From the NCBI RefSeq assembly GCF_009914755.1, contig NC_060947.1: 64,000 nucleotides of DNA; one strand, written 5' to 3'. Source of the stretch: the human T2T-CHM13v2.0 reference genome, Homo sapiens. Each line of letters begins with the position of its first letter. The stretch's first letter is position 1. The notes below the pieces were generated by a model. The model was not told the DNA's origin, ran no database searches, and saw only the letters and a program-made list of their open reading frames with translations. Of this stretch, positions 1 to 17,489 are shown one piece after another. Made by a program: the position numbers and the translations under genes.

Positions 1-190
1 TGTTCATAAGTTCTTATCATTTAGCTCCCACTTTAAGTAAGAACATGCAGTATTTGATTTTCTGTTTCTGTATTAGTTTGCTAAGGATAATGGCCTCCAG
101 CTCCATCCATGTTCCTGCAAAATACATGATCTCATTCTTTTTTATGGCTGCATAGTATTCCATGGTTTGGATGTACTGCATTTTCTTTAA
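1..190 (-). mobile_element. L1 3' fragment (ORF2 C-terminus)
   Basis: ORF 17..205 reads MEYYAAIKKNEIMYFAGTWMELEAIILSKL, the typical L1 ORF2 C-terminal tract. Confidence 0.85.
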
Positions 191-512
191 TGATGAATTA
201 TTCAAACATTGTTTCCTGAGATCTGGAATGAGAAACTGTTATTACCACTTCTGCTCAACATTAAACTTGGTGTCCTAACCAGTGCAATAAGACAGGAAAA
301 AGCAATAAATAAAGAGTACATGATAGGAAAGAAATAAAACTAGTATTTGTAGACAACATGATTGTACACAAAGAAAATCCAGAATAATCTACAGAAAATC
401 TATTAAAATTAATGAGCAAATTTAGCAAGGCTGCTAGATAGGTTTATCTTTTTTAAAAAGATCAAGTATACTTCTATATGTCAGCATTAAATAAATATAA
501 AATGAAAAAAAA

Positions 513-803
513 TTTTTTTTGAGATGGAGTCTCACTCTGTCACCCAGGCTGGAGTACAGTGGCACAATCTTGGCCCACTGCAACCTCTGCCTCCTGGGTT
601 CAAGCAATTCTCCCTGCCTCAGCCTCCCAAGTAGCTGAGATTACAGGCACCTGCCACCATGCCCAGCTAATTTTTGTATTTTTAGTAGAGACGGGGTTTC
701 GCCGTGTTGGCCAGGCTGGTCTTGAACTCCTGACCTCAGGTGATCCACCCACCTCAGCCTCCCAAAGTGCTGGGATTACAGGCGTGAGCCACCACACCCA
801 GCC
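513..803 (-). mobile_element. Alu (AluS-like)
   Basis: Full dimeric Alu, antisense. Confidence 0.95.
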
Positions 804-844
804 GAAATTTGTAAGATATCATTTACAATAGTATCAAAAAATCA

Positions 845-1188
<344 letters not shown>

Positions 1189-1261
1189 TTATTTTTATTA
1201 CGGGATACTATTCAGATAATGAAAAGTAAGGCACAAAGTGGGAAACCATATTTGTAAATTA

Positions 1262-1630
<369 letters not shown>

Positions 1631-1710
1631 TTAAAAAAAGAATTCCTGCAGATAATTAAGAATAGGGCAATCATGTAGAAAAATGGGCAAACAACCTAAA
1701 CAGGCATTTC

Positions 1711-1985
1711 CCTTTTAGCACTGCTTTAGCTACATCCCACAGAGTTTGATATGTTGTCTTTTTATTTTAATTCATTCAAAATAATTTCAAATTTACTTTC
1801 AAATTTCCACTTTGATTCATCGATTGTATAGAAATCTGCTGCTGAATTTTTAAGAGCTTGGAGAGTCTTTTGGGTTTGTTTGTATCTTTCTGGAATTGAT
1901 TTCTACTTTAGTTCTTTATTACAGTCAACGAAAATCTCAATTCTACCAAATGTGTTTTGTTTTTTGACCCAAGATATGGTCTAGC
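1711..1985 (-). mobile_element. L1 fragment, antisense
   Basis: tttagcactgctttagctacatcccacagagtttgatatgttgtc matches antisense L1 ORF2 EN-region sequence. Confidence 0.65.
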
Positions 1986-2417
1986 AGGCTTACTTTACAA
2001 CAAATACTAAAGGAAGTTCTTCAGGCTGAATGTAAGTGACCCCAGATGGTAATTTGAATCTACTTGAAAAAACAAAGAGCGCCAATAAAGGTAATTTTAT
2101 AAATATGTAATTATAAGAGACAGTATCAATGTATATTTCATCTCATTTCTTCTCTTAATTAATTTAAAAATCATTTTATTAAACAATATGTGTATAATTA
2201 TATTGTTGTACCTATAACAAAAAAACGGCATATATTTGACAATAAGGGCACAACACAGATGGGTGGGAGCAAGTTGTATTGGAGTAAAAAAATGATGCTA
2301 AGTGGTAACTCAAATCCACAGAATCCAGTGGAGAGAACCAGAAATGGTAAATAAGAAAGTAAACTCCATAAATATATACCTGTTTTCTTTTCTCAGCTTC
2401 ATTAGTAGACATAAAAT

Positions 2418-2466
<49 letters not shown>

Positions 2467-2748
2467 AGATGGAGTCTCACTCTGTCTCCCAGGCTGGAAT
2501 GCAGTGGCACGATCTTGACTCACTACAACCTCCATCTCCTGGGTTCAAGCGATTCTCCTACCTCATCCTCCTGAGTAACTGGGATTACAGGCGCCCTGCC
2601 ACCACACCCAGCTAATTTTTGTATTTTTAGTAAAAACAGGGTTTCGCCATGTTGGCCAGGCTGGTCTCAAACTCCTGACCTCAGGTGATCCACCCACCTC
2701 GGCCTCCCAAAGTGCTGGGATTACAGGCGTGAGCCACCACTCTTGGCC
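2418..2748 (-). mobile_element. Alu with (TG)n(TA)n microsatellite tail (2418-2464)
   Basis: Antisense Alu body 2465-2748. Confidence 0.95.
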
Positions 2749-3581
2749 AAAATTACATATTCTAACAACTATAACAGTGTATGTTTGGGTTTGGAACACA
2801 CATACATGTAATATGTATAACAGCAGCAAAAAGGGGGAAGAGAGAATAGAGCTACATAGGAGCAATGCTTATTATATATGTCACTGGAATTAAGCCAGTA
2901 TAAATGTGAAGTAAATTCTGATTAAGTTGAGATGTACACAAGAAGCCCTAGAGCAACCACTAAAAAAATAAATAAATAAAAATAAAAAACTCAAAAAATA
3001 CGGTGAAAAAGATCATCAAAGGAATGAAATTGTTAAGCTAGAAAATATTCATGTTGTGCAAAAGAAAGCAGTAAAGAAGGAATACAGGGATGTAAAGGAC
3101 ATGGGATATATAGAAAACAAAATGTGAAATTGCAATGTAAATTCAACTATATCAATAATAAAATTTAAAATAGATGGACTAAACAATCTAATCTAAAGGC
3201 AGAGAATGTCAGACTGGACAAAATAAAACAAGATCCAACTATCTGCTGTCTACTGGAGGAGACACACTTTAGATTCAAAGATACAAATAGGTTAAAAGTC
3301 AAAGGATGAACAGAGATATATCATGCAAACAGCAACCGTAAGAAAGCTGGAGGGGGTATACTAATGTCAGACGAAAATCATTACTATTGACAAAGAAGGA
3401 TATTTATATAAATAAAAGAGTTGACCCACCAAAAACATACACCAAGTGTAAACTTATATGCACTTACAACAGAGCCCCAAAATAATACAAGAAGCAAAAA
3501 CAAGAAGTAAAGGGAGAAGTTAAATAAATCAACAATAATAACTGGAGACTTCGGTACCCCCACTTTCAATAATAGATAGTC

Positions 3582-3870
<289 letters not shown>

Positions 3871-4815
3871 TAATAATGATAATAATGGATAGAAAAATTA
3901 GGCAAAAGATCAAAAGAAAATAAAAGTCTTGGAAAATGCTATAAACCAACTAGAACTAACAGATGTATATGGAGAGAACACACCAAACAACAAAAGCACA
4001 CGCATTTTTTTCAAGCGCACATGGAACATTTTCCAGGATAGACTATATGTTAGGCAATAAAACAAGCCTTAATACATTTTAAAATATTAAAACCACAAAA
4101 AGTATGTTTTCTGATCAATATGGAGTAAAATTAGTAGACTTTAACAACATAAAGAAATTGGGAAGTTCACAAATTTGTGGGAATTAAACCACACATTCCT
4201 AAATAATGAGCCAAAGAAGAAATCACAAAGAAAATTACAAAATACTTTGAGGTAAATGAAAATGTAGATACAACATATTGAAATTTATGGAATGCAGCTA
4301 ACATATTATTTGTAGCTATAACCACCTACATTAAAAAAGAAGATTCAGATCAATAGCCTAATCTTCCACTGTAAGAAACTAGAAAAGAAGAGTAAACTAA
4401 ACTCAAAGCAAGTAGAAGAAAATAATAAAGATTAGGATGGAAATGAATGAAATGGAGAATAGAAAAAGAATAGAGAAAGTCAATGAAGCAAAAAAATCAG
4501 TTATTTGAAAATAGTAAGAATATTGAAAACATTTAGCTAGACTGTCCAAGGGGGAAAAAAAAGAGAGAAAAGTCAATTCACTAAAAACAAGGATGAAAGA
4601 GAGGACATTACTACCAACTTTCCAATCTAAAAAGGATTATAAGGGAGTACTATGAACAACTGTATGCCAACAAATTAGATAACTTAGATGAAATGGACAA
4701 ATTACTAAGAAGACACAAACTAACTGATGTAAGAGAAAATCTGAATAGACCTATAATTAGTAAACAGATTAAATTAGCAATTTTAAAATTATTCACAAAA
4801 AAAAAGGCTGCACTG

Positions 4816-5114
4816 GACCAGGTGCAGTGACTCACGCCTGTAATCCCAGCACTTTGGGAGGCCGAGGCAGGCAGATCACCTGAGGTCGGGAGTTTGAGAC
4901 CAGCCTGACCAACATGGAGAAACCCCATCTCTACTAAAAATACAAAATTAGCCAGGCATGGTGATGCACGCCTGTAATTCCAGCTACTCGGGAGGCTGAG
5001 GCAGGAGAATCGCCTGAACCTGGGAGGAGGAGTTGCAGTGAGCCGAGATTGTGCCATTGCACTCCAGCCTGGGCAACAAGAGCGAAACTTGTCTCAAAAA
5101 AAAAAAAAAAAAAA
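4816..5114 (+). mobile_element. Alu (AluSp-like)
   Basis: cctgaccaacatggagaaacccc; TSD aaaaggctgcactgg. Confidence 0.95.
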
Positions 5115-6055
5115 GGCTGCACTGGTAAATTCTACCAAATACTTAAAGAATGAACAGCAGTCCTTCACAAATACTTCCAAAAAATAAAAGAGGAGGGAAT
5201 ACTTCCTAACTGATTTTATAAGGCAATATTACTCTGACACCAAAACCAGACAAAGTCATAGCAAGTAAAGGAAACTAAAGACCAAAAATTCCTTATGAAA
5301 ATAGGAACAAAAATCCTCAACAAAATACTAGGGAAGTAATCCAGCAACATTTAAAAAGGATTATACACCATGACCAAGTGGGATTCATCCCAGGATTACA
5401 AGACTGTTTTAATACCCAAAATCAATTAATGTAATGCACCATATCAATAGAATAAAGGACAAAAACCACATGATCATCTCAATAGATGTAGACAAAGTAT
5501 TTGACAAAATTCACCACCTCAATGATAAAAGAACTAAACAAACTAAGAATTAAAGAAACTTTCTCAACCTCATAAAGGACAACTGTGAAAAACCCATAGC
5601 TATTGTAATATGACTCTTAATGGTGAAAGATTGAAAACTTTCCACCTAAGATGAGGAACAAAACATGCTTGTCTCATCTCAACACTTTTATTCAACATTA
5701 TATTAGAGGTTTTAATGAGAGCTTTGGCAAAGGAGAAAAAGGCATCCGGATTGGAAATGAAGAAGTAAACCTGTCTCTATTTGCAGATAACATAATCTAG
5801 TATATAGAAAATCTTGAGGAATACACTACAAATGCTAGAACTTTTAAGTGAGTTCAGTGAGGTTGGGGATACAAGACCAACATACAAAACTCAATAGGAT
5901 TTCTATATACTAGTCATGAACAAATTGAAAATAAAAATTTTAAAATTATTCAATTTACAATAGCATCAAGAAGAATAAAATACATAGGAGTAAATTTAAC
6001 AAAAGAAGAGCAGACTTGTACACTGAAAACTACAAAAAAGTACCGAAAGAAATTA

Positions 6056-6510
<455 letters not shown>

Positions 6511-8497
6511 TACTACATTCCAAAAAAAAAAAACAAAAAAGAAATTAAAGACCTAAAAAGTGAAAAAGCATACCATCATGGATCAGAAGACTTATTATTG
6601 TTAAGATGGCAATACTCCCCAAATTGATCTACAGATTCAATGCCATCTATTATAAAAATCCCAGCTTGCTTTGTTGCAGATTTTGATATGCTGATCCTAA
6701 AATTTATCTGTAAATTCAAAGGACCCAGAATAGCCAAAACAATCTTGAAAAAGAACAAAGTTGGAGGATTCACACTTGCTTATTTCAAAACTAACTACAC
6801 AACTATAGTAATGAAGATAGTGTGGTACTGGCATGAGGCTAAAGATATCAATCAATAGAATAGTACTGAGAGTCCAGAAATAAACTCTCACATTTATGGT
6901 CAACTGATTTCAACAAGGGTGCCAAGACAATTCAGCAGGGGAAAGAATGGTGTTTTCAACAAATGGTGCAAGGACAACTAGATATCCACATGCAAAAGAA
7001 TAAAATTGAATCCCTACCTCCCAGTATATACAAAAATTAACACAAATTTATCAAAGGCTTAAATGTAAAAGCTAAAATATCCTCTCAAAAGTGTTTGAGC
7101 ATGGAATATATATATTTTATTAAGCAAAAACATCAGGTTTTTAGACTTTTAGGAATTAGTTCCCAGCTCTTGAAAAATATTCATTCGCTTTATAGTGTCA
7201 GGCTGCTTTTGGTAGACCAGCTGTTTGTCAATCAGGTTCTCAGCATCTATAAATTAATCATGTAGATTCATTTGTGTCTGGAATGTCCGTCATTTTTAAA
7301 CACTGCAAACCACATTGGATGCCATCATAAGTTAATCCTCTCTTTCTTAGAGAAAACGGCTTTAAAGTACAGAAATAACTTGTAATTGTGAAATCAAAAT
7401 TGAATTCCAAATAAGTTAGTGGTTTAGTAAGGAAACTGAGAAAGTTCTATTTAATTTGACTGTCCTTTTCTGGTGACATTTTATTTGGCGTTCTAAAGCT
7501 GTCTGATTTCCAAAATTTACATTTGTACTGTCTGCTGAATATGCAAATAGATGAGCAAAGTTTAGTTTGTTTTTAGACAAGATATCAACAATCTTTTTTG
7601 TTTTATATTTTCTGCAGTTTCATTTTGATCATCATAGAAATCAAGAAGGTGATTTGAAATTCTATTTTTCAAATCAAAGTACATAAAAGGTAGGAGAAAC
7701 AGTGATTTGACAAGTCGCTTGATATACTACTGTACAAAGCATGATATCTGGTAAAATCTGACAAAATCAGAGCTACACTGTATGAGGCAAACACATATCG
7801 TACCCAAATTTACCCTTTTGTTCACCCACAGGACATTTAAGTTGCAACCTCTTAAACAGGAAATGTAACTTTATTCAGTTTCATGTATGAATGATACAAT
7901 GATACATGTTTCCGCATGTGGCATATTTAGGCTAAATCAGCGGCCATCAATTTCGAGTTAACATTAGTGTCTTTGGGGAAGATCAAAAGCTTTTTATTGG
8001 TTTATAGTACTTATCTGTCTCACCCTGGACTGTGAGATTCAGTTTCTGTATGTGCTTTCATATCCCTGTCTCTGTCATGCCTAGTCCCAACTTGTTTTCT
8101 GCTTATTGCCCAGTATGCTCTGTTTTGGTTGTTTACCTCCCTAATGCAAGTTGTATGTGTCCTTCTATCTATTATTAAAACAACATGGTCACTTAGCCTT
8201 ATTTTTTGGTAATTTCTAGGTCAAGCTGGGGTTAGTATTGTAATAATTCTCTTTTTATCTGAACACTTAGAACACATGGTTAGCATATTTATAATGTTAA
8301 AAATCAAAGTAGCCCTATCTCCATACAAATCACACCAGGTAATCCACAGGCAAAGTCAAAGATACAATGTTAACTGTTCACGACTGCAATGTCCAGAAAT
8401 TGCACACTTAAGTTGCATCCCTTGGAGCAATGCAACAATGGATAATCCATTATTGTGAACTGCAAATCATGGTTGCCATCATGAGTGGTCAGGGTTA

Positions 8498-8830
<333 letters not shown>

Positions 8831-9199
8831 CTACGGGTATCTATGCCATATCCACTTGACACTAAAAACAGTGTTGCTTTCAACCCTTATTTTGGGAGAC
8901 AGGGTATGGGTTTGGTACCTTTGCCCTAAAACTTGAGCAACCATTGCTGAAAAATGAGACTTTTTTGCATCCTGGGGAGGGCTTTCCTGGAATACAGGGT
9001 TTTTAGCACTAAAACTGGGATAGTAACAAGGAAATTAGGATGATTGGTCACCCTACTATGCCTTTGGCAGCTTTCCAGAGCACCGAAAGAATTGTTTTTG
9101 ACATTTTTGTCCAGCTTTATAGTAGTTGCTTTTGGAGCTCTGTTAACTTCCTTAATTCATCATGCTGGAAGTGAATCTCTGACACTATTACATATTTTA

Positions 9200-10220
<1,021 letters not shown>

Positions 10221-10593
10221 GCAATTGTTACTCTGTATGCACTCAATTTTTACTTGGATTAATGAAATAATTTGATTGTAAACTGGAACCTAAGTTAGGA
10301 TTTTAAATCACAAATATCTTAAAGATTTTGAAATGCAACAATTAGAAGAGATTTTCAGGTTTTCTCCTATTTTTCTCTTAGGGCTCATTTTTAGAGATAA
10401 GGTATGTTTCACAGTAGAGTTTAGTGTCCATTGGTTATTTTGTTTCATTTTTATGTTGGTTATAGGTGGCTATTGAGCGTGATGGTTCTAACTTTTTAGG
10501 TATTTATCAAATCCTCTTGTGTGCGCAGCACCGTGCTAGGTGCTATGAAGATATACATAAGACATATATTTGTGCTTACTCGAGGAATTTTCA

Positions 10594-10991
<398 letters not shown>

Positions 10992-11901
10992 TCATACTTT
11001 ACAGAATATAAAAGCATGTCCCAGAAACAAGAAGTGACTTTCCAAGTTCAAAATGAAGTGATAGAAATCTGATTAGAAGCCAGGGCTCCCGATCTCTAGC
11101 CCAACCAAGTGCACTGCTCTTTTTATGAAATCATTTATTCATTCAACAAATATTTCTTGAGTGCCTACTGTGTGAACATACTGCTGCAGGCAGTAGTTTT
11201 AAATCATGCTACTTTTTCATCTGCATTCACCTCTGGTGACTAATAGTTGTATTCATAGTGCTGGGGCATTCAGTAAGCAGAGTTGAGTGACAGCTGGGTG
11301 TGGCTTACAGCTGGATCATCCACTTTCAATTTATAATCACTTCTTAGTGCCTGAAGGAAGAGGAAATAAGTGGTGGATTAACATATGAAGCAATTAGAGA
11401 ATAATATATGTTATACGATATATAATTAAGTGCTAAATTGCATGGCATGACTGTAAGTGCAACAGGGAGGAACAGGAGCCAAGGCCCAGAGTATGGACAG
11501 CTATCTTAGGACAAAATCTTCCAACAGTAGTAACCATCGGATCTCTCACATGTTCATCTGAGAAAGCTCAGCAAATATTTATTGGGCAGGCACTGTGCTA
11601 GGTGCCTAGGGATATACAAAGAATAAGACATGGTCCCTTCTCCCAAAGATCTAGTGGGAGAGACAGACGAAATACTTTTAATTTAAATATAATACAGTAA
11701 ATGATGAAATAGAAGTCTGGCCAGAGAGCTATAGAAGCAAAGAGGAGGGCAGCTTCACCTAATCAAAGGATAAGGTCAAGGCTTTTTGGACACTGACATG
11801 TGAACTGAATCTTCAAGGCCACTAGGTCTCAGCTAATCCAAGAAAGTTGCCAAGAGGAGTTCTAGGAAGCAAGAACAGTATGAATAAAAAACAAAGACCT
11901 A

Positions 11902-12259
<358 letters not shown>

Positions 12260-13254
12260 CTATTCCCCTTATCAGGAAAACTGGAGACAATTAACTTAGC
12301 TATTCCTAAGTGAAATAAGATAAAAACCACTCAGTATCACTGATTATAAACTAGCTCTTGTAGCTAACTTTTATTAAACTCTATGAGCCAGAAATTGTGC
12401 TAAGTTTTTCACACAATCCTCATAGAAATCCTTGAGAAAGGTACTCCTAGCATCCTTAGTTTACAGATGAGACAATGAAGACACTGAGAAATTAACCCGA
12501 AACCAGGATTTGTGTCCAGGCCATTTGGTTCTTTGCCTCCCTGTCAGGATTATGTCCTATTGTGAATATTAGCTTCCCACAAATCTTATCCATATGGAAT
12601 TACTCTACCTTTTAGACTTATTATTATAATATTTGAGAGTAGTGTAGATCTGTCTGATCATGTTATTTAACCAACAACCAAAATAGGGCTGTTGGTTAAA
12701 GGAACAAAGGTTCTCAAGGTCACTGGAGACCCAGTGGCAAAGCTAGTTATTCCTGTGTGTCCTCACTAAAATATATGCCTAAAAATGATATTAATCAGAA
12801 TGAAGTCTCTTGGACATTCCAATGTAACTGATGAGACAGCCATGTTATTTTTTTTTCTGTTTTCACTTTGATGGCTGTAGGTCAGCGGTTCTCATATATT
12901 TGTGTATATCATGATCTCACCTGGGGAGCTTGTTTTAAATATATAGTTTCTGGGCCGCATTTCACACATATGCCAGAGTTGCTGGGATAGGAATTGGGCT
13001 GCTAAATTACAAACAAATTCGTGAAATGATTTCATTCCATTTCAGTTCCACTTCTCCCCATTCTTCATTAGATTCTCCTTCTCTCTCCAGGGCCTCACTT
13101 CAGTAGATATTTACGAAGAGCCTACTATGAACCAGGCACAGAGTTCTATGGGCTGAGGATAGAGCAGTGGACACGACAAAACAAAGCTCCTGCTCCAATA
13201 GAGCTTCATTCTAGTCGAGAGACAGATAATAAACACACGAACAAGTAAATAAAA

Positions 13255-13490
13255 GGCAGTACAGCACAATGATTAAGAGCTTGTGCTCTGGAGCTAAAAC
13301 AAATGTAGCCCTGAAACATGGTCCTTCCTCTTCCTGGTTGACTTTGAGCAAGTTACTTAATTGCTCAACACTTTCTTCCTCTGTGAAATGGGACTAATAA
13401 TATTCCCTGCTTCTCAGTGCTATTGTAAGGATCTAATAAGATCATATACATAAAGTACTGAGTGCAGTGCCTGATACATTGTCTGCAGTC
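13255..13490 (+). mobile_element. MIR
   Basis: gactttgagcaagttacttaa...ctgtgaaatgggactaataa MIR core. Confidence 0.75.
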
Positions 13491-13813
13491 AGGGTTAACT
13501 CCTTTTGAAATGACTCATGATTGCACGAGTACTGTGAAGTTTAGTTACTTCTGCAATATTGCCATCAACGTATTAAATTAAGTTCAGCTTCTGTGTTTAT
13601 TCGGCACTCAATAAACAATGTTCTAGAGATGTTGCTGTGTCTCTAAAGCATTTCCCCTGCCACAGTTGCTAGTTTCCTGAGCTGTGTCTATACCATACCC
13701 AGCCTCAAATTGCTAAACAAGGAAGAGATATCAACAACAAAGTACATCAGAGTCCCCAGCTCCTCAATTAGGTAGCTGAGTAGTTCCATAGGCTGGATAG
13801 AATTAAGAATGTT

Positions 13814-14118
<305 letters not shown>

Positions 14119-15306
14119 GAATGTTATAAAGCCTCACCAATACAGTAAGTGAAAATTAAAAAATAAACAACAAAAACTAAGTAGACGCTGGGAACCAACA
14201 CACTAGTAGGTAGATCAATCAGATGATATGACAGTTAAGGGATATATTTCAAAAAACCATCCTTCGTATTTGTTGGGACAAGAACATTCACAATCATCAT
14301 TATCTCTCTTGTGTCTCATAACAACCTTGCAATTCTCATTTAATTGATGTGTAAATTAAAGCTAAGTGCAGCAAATGAATCACCCAAGTAACCTCTGCTA
14401 GTTAGTGGCAGGCCAGTGATTAATACTCAGGACATCTGAATCTTATACAGCATTTCATACAAATAAATAGCTTTTTTTCCCCCACAGAAACATTTAAAAT
14501 GCTTAGTCCATCCACTTGAAAAATAAAGAATAAAAAATACAAAATGTATTCCATATACAAAATGCAAATACATAATACTTCATTTTCTTTTTGTATTTGT
14601 CATGTTTGCAAGTTTACATTTGTATATGTGATTACATGATTTAGGCCCATCTCCTCTACTACACCAAAATGAATCATATCAATTTTTATCTAACACATAG
14701 TAGGTGATCAACATGTATTTAATGAATACATGAGTGATCTATTGGTGTTGATTATAGCCAGGAGGCCACATGTAGGTGAATTTAGTTGTTGGTTTAAGCA
14801 GGAGCAGAAATGCTAGTGGTATCTTATACGGAAACACTGAAAATGGGCAAAGGAGTCACTTCCTAGTTGCTGAAGAGAATGATTTGCATGTACTGGAGTT
14901 GGTGATTTGAAGTCAAGAGCAGGGCTGATCTAAGCAGAGCAGATGCAGTTGCTAAGCATTGGTTTACAGGGTAGTGAAAGTCAAGAGGCTGTCTGAATCT
15001 AAAAAAAAAAAAAAAAAAGGCGGGGGCAGTGACAAAAATTCTGCACGTATAACAAGCTCTCTAGGTAATTCTCACTTCCAAAGTTTAAGAACTACTGGGC
15101 CTGGAAGGTCTAAGACTGTATCTGGGGAAGGGTCAGACTTATATTAATATTATAAAGTAAGAAGAAGAGAAACCTATGAAAGAAAAAAAGAGCAGCCAGA
15201 GAGCCAGAGTCAGGGCATTGTTGTTATGAGTCAAGGGGGGTGAAAGTTTAAGAACAAGTAGATGGCCAAAAATGTCAAATGTAACAGAGATGTCAAGAAT
15301 GAAGAC

Positions 15307-15520
15307 AGACCAGCCTAGGCAACATGGTGAAACCCAGTCTCTACCAAAAAAAAAGTACAAAACTTAGCTGGGCGTGATGTTGTGCCCCTTAGTCCCAGCT
15401 ATTCAGGAGGCTGAGGTGGGAGGATCACCTGAGCCCAGGAGGTCGAAGCTTCAGTGAGCTGTGATTATGCCACTGCATTCCAACCTACAGAGCAAGACTT
15501 TGTCTCAATTAAAAAAAAAA
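15307..15520 (+). mobile_element. AluJ-like, 5'-truncated
   Basis: Partial left arm plus right arm; TSD aatgaaga. Confidence 0.9.
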
Positions 15521-17489
15521 TGAAGATAGAGAAAAGCTGTTGAATTTGGCAAAAAGATCAACTGTGGCCTTGGAGTATATTTTTTGTAAAGTTGTGATGA
15601 TAAAATACAGATTTTTCTGGGCCCTGACCTGTCCTTCAAGACTCAACTAAAAACATTGCCTCCCAGTGATGTATTTCTTGGACTGAGTCCACCAATCCCT
15701 GTGGTAGATAATTCTATTATAGCAGTTCACCTATTATACTAAAATTCTGCTCACCTGTTTTTCTTCCTGATTAGACTGAGAATTTATTGAAGGCAGAAGC
15801 TGTGCCTTTTTTTTTTCATCTCTTTCTCCATCCCCAACCAGCTTTATTGAGATCTAATGGACAAATAAGAATTGTACATATTTAATGTATACAATTTGGT
15901 GTTTTGATAAGAAGCCATATCTTGTTCCTTTTCAAATCTCCAGGGTCTGGCATAATACCTGGCATACAGAAGATGTCTGTAAATGCCTGCTGAATGAATG
16001 ATTGGAGAGCAATTGGAGGCAAAGGAGCAACTGCAGTCTGGCAGTGAAAGAAGATGAATCCCATAGTTTGAAGGCAAATGAGAGCAGGGCAGTAGATGCT
16101 GCTGGAGCAGGTAATAAGCAGGGAATCAGATCCTCCAGAGCATGGAAAAGATGTAATTAAAAGCACAGCTTTGAAAAGCTTTAGAAAGCAAGAGGGACAG
16201 CTCTTTCTCTGAGTATTGAAGGCAGCATGAGAGGGTAGGTGTATAAGATAGAGTAGCTTAGCTCAGATGGCCCTTTGCTAAATTAAGTCATAAAGTTAAT
16301 GCCTTTGCTGAGAATGAGGTGGAAAAAGTGAGATCTGGAGCCTGAAGAAAAAAACTGGAAGAGTGTTGGTGAGAGTGTATTGGTGAATCAGTAAGAGATG
16401 ACTAGATCTCATGCTATATCCCCAGGCATTAAGGGCATGTTATCACAATCCAATTCCTTTCTGTAGGCCTTGAAATAACAGGCTGCATCTATCAGCCATG
16501 CTAATTGGGACTGGCTACCAGACTTGGGGCCTGGAAGTAACTGGAGCCACTGATATCTCCCTCTCCTGAACTCTCTCTGCACTTCCTTTCCACCTTTTAA
16601 GGCACTCAGTGCACTTTATCTCCTATTGTAACTATCTTTTTCTTGGTAGACTGTAAACAATTGAAGGCAAGGGCTGTGTCTTAGTTACTGTTGTGTCATA
16701 CCTCAGCATAGTGCTTTGTACATAATAGGCAGAAGATGTCTGTACCAGCCATAGTCTGTAATACAGCATTTATCACATCATACTGTGTATGTTTGCTTGC
16801 CGTCTCTTCTTTTTGACCATGAGCTCAAGGGCAGGGATTGAGTTGTATTGATCTAGGTCTCCATTGTGTTTGGAACTTAATAGTTTTGCAAGTGTTTATT
16901 GAATCAAAGTTTGTTGAAATGAATGCATGGATGAAATAATGAATAAAAGATAGCAAAATGTGGGGATTTGGGGGGAAACTTAAAAAGATGGCATACTGCA
17001 TAGGCATTGCATTTTGTCAGTTACACAATCATCTGTCTCATCCTGGCATCAGTAAGTGTGTAAAGCTGGTAGAAAATGATGCTGGGGAACCTGTCTTCAT
17101 ATACACCATAAATGTTTGGAATACACATTCTGGATCTTCTTATGCAAATCTTTAGCCACTCCCTTTCACAGCATAGGGCCTTGGGTTAAAGGGCTAAGGG
17201 TTCCTTGCAGCTAAATGGCTGATTTGTCCACCCTTATTAGGTATCTATTTGAAGAGTTCAACGTCACACCACCATGGTCACTGTTTGCTTGGGAACTTAC
17301 ACTTTAAAGTTGACATTGCAGAGAAAAGTAAAAAGATTGACGAAACAGTATAGAAACAGCATTGGATCAAGACCGTGGAAATCCACCGCCACTACAGGAA
17401 AAATGGCTCTTGAAGAGCATCTTTAAATTTTCACTGGTTTAAGGCTTTTTTTTGTTGTTAAAGTCTGTGAAGCCCATAGAAAATAACAA

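Noticed and set aside
8220-8458. Stop-free alternative frame GQAGVSIVIILF... and ORF 8276..8458 as a live small protein
   Set aside because: Not phase-compatible with neighbouring segments and no recognisable motif; it remains an alternative reading that weakens the fossil-gene frame choice
16467-16537. Acceptor ttcctttctgtAG and donor GTAACT as another fossil-gene exon
   Set aside because: Stops in all three frames and no convincing peptide; left out of the chain
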